Shown piece after piece: positions 30,515-32,000 of a stretch of DNA of 32,000 nucleotides; positions within the stretch are counted from its first letter, which is position 1; every line of letters starts with the position of its first letter. The stretch is from Mycoplasma mycoides subsp. capri (lineage in GTDB: Bacteria; Bacillota_I; Bacilli_A; Mycoplasmatales; Mycoplasmataceae), in the NCBI RefSeq assembly GCF_018389705.1, contig NZ_CP065581.1, positions 450,001-482,000 on the forward strand, in the 5' to 3' direction. Position numbers and translations under genes: made by a program. The notes under the pieces are model-generated. The model saw only the letters and a list, made by a program, of their open reading frames with translations. It was not told the origin of the DNA and searched no databases.

Positions 30515-32000
30515 CTAGTATTTTTTAATGAACTTAACTTCTGTAATTTCATAAGGTTTGTCTTGAGATTCTAATCTTAAAACAGGTATTTCATGACCAA
30601 ATACATCTTTTTTAATTTTGATTCCAACTACATAGTAAGTTTTATCATTTCATTTAACTTGTTGATATAGTTTAACTGGTTTATTTAATTCTATAACTTT
30701 TGGAGTTTCATTATTTTTATTAGGATTTAAAGCTACTTGTTGATTTGTAATAACTTCATTATTTGAAGTTTGATCAGCTTGAGATGAAGTTATATCTAAA
30801 TTATTAGTTTCTTGATCAACTGAATCATTTGTTTTAATAGTTTTATTTCTAATTTCTTGATCTGTTTTTGAATCTAAAAAGTCTTTATCATTACTATATT
30901 CTTTTAAATCAGTTTCAGGACTAATAGTTCAAATTTTATTATTTATAGTTTGATTAGTTTTAATTAATGGTTCTTGATTATTAGTTTGTTTTAGATCAGT
31001 TTCTGGTTGATTAATTCATAATTTATTTATTTCAGTTTGATTTGAAATATTATTATCTAATTGTTCAGTTAATTCTTCTTGGTTTTGATCACAAGAACTT
31101 TGACAATCACAATTAGTTATACTACATTCACAACCATCTTTTTTATTACATTCTTCTTGACAGTTTGAATTATCTACACAACATTTATTTTCTGTACAAC
31201 ACTTATCAGTTTTGCATTCTTTAATAGAACAAGAATTATTTTCATCACATTTTTTATTTTCACAAGAATTGTTGTTATTAGATTCTTCACAGCATTTGTC
31301 TTGAACACAGTTTTTATTTTCACAAGAATTATTTTCACTACATTTATTTTCTTCACAACATAAATTATCAGAACATTTATCTTGTTTTTCACATTCACAA
31401 TCTTGTTCATCTTGACAAGTATTTTCAACTTCACAACAAGCTTTTTGATCACAAGAATCATCAGAGCATTCTTCTACTTTTTCTTCACAAGTTTTATCAC
31501 ATTCACATTTATCTTCTTGTTTTTCTTCAACTCAATGTTCTGTGCTTAGTTCATGTTCTTTATTAAAATCTTCTTCATTTATATGCGCGTTTTCTTCAAC
31601 TCAGTGTTCTTTACTTAATTCTTCAACTTGATTATTATCAACTAGTTCTTCTGGATTTTGAACTATTGGTTCGCTAATTAATTTTTGATCTAAACTAGTA
31701 TTAGTTTGTTGATCATTTTCAATTCAACTATCTTTTGTTATATCTATTTTTTTGATTAAATCACTAGTTAAATCTTTTTCTTCAATTCATGAATCTTTAG
31801 TTAAATCTTGTTCATCTAAAGTTGGTTCAATTTCTTGTTTTATTTCTTGGTTGTTTTTACTACCATTTTGAATTTCTCATTTATCAATATTAACAGTAGC
31901 TGTACCAAATTCTTCTGGATCTAGTTCAATTTCTTCTAGTTCTTCTAGTTTTTGATTAGCTAATAATATATCATCAAGATCATCTTTTAAACTTTCATCA
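30515..32000 (-). CDS. C-terminal ~494 aa of a large acidic, cysteine-rich repeat protein (N-terminus beyond window)
   Basis: Minus frame stays open from 32000 (DESLKDDLDDILLANQKLEELEE...) to TAG 30517-30515 (...PYEITEVKFIKKY) with TGA=Trp; not in the supplied track because of TGA codons. Confidence 0.85.

Noticed and set aside
31174-31461. 95-aa minus-strand ORF (MILVIKKLVVKLKILVKMN...) in the track
   Set aside because: Out-of-frame reading of the Cys-rich segment of the long 30515-32000 CDS; the Lys/Val/Ile pattern is a +1 artefact of GAAAAT/TGT-rich codons.

Overview
The window is an AT-rich mollicute chromosome segment. TGA must be read as Trp (genetic code 4), because most multi-part ORFs in the track join into full genes only that way. 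Gene content and lipoprotein style point to the Mycoplasma mycoides/capricolum group. Most of it is core genome: rluD-like, comEB, acpS, plsC, a five-tRNA array (Thr-AGT, Tyr, Gln, Lys, Leu), rpmG, rsmI, L21-prp-L27, a complete sialic-acid (nan) catabolic operon, pepV-like, udk, dinB, yqeH, a flavin disulfide reductase, ruvBA and rpsU. The accessory or unusual material is: (1) the C-terminal ~494 aa of a very acidic minus-strand protein at 30515-32000, with 33 Cys in 139 residues and repeated W-[IV]-E motifs; (2) tandem paralogous small lipoprotein genes with (TA)n tracts of different length between -35-like and -10 elements, a Vmm/Vmc-like phase-variation architecture; (3) a small protein with a double-glycine-like leader and a Gly/Ala-rich hydrophobic segment; (4) a membrane-anchored papain-like (C1A) cysteine protease; (5) a frameshifted DEDD-exonuclease-like ORF upstream of yqeH; (6) some enzymes with altered catalytic or metal motifs. 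I see no CRISPR array, no prophage or IS element, and no clear new defence system.
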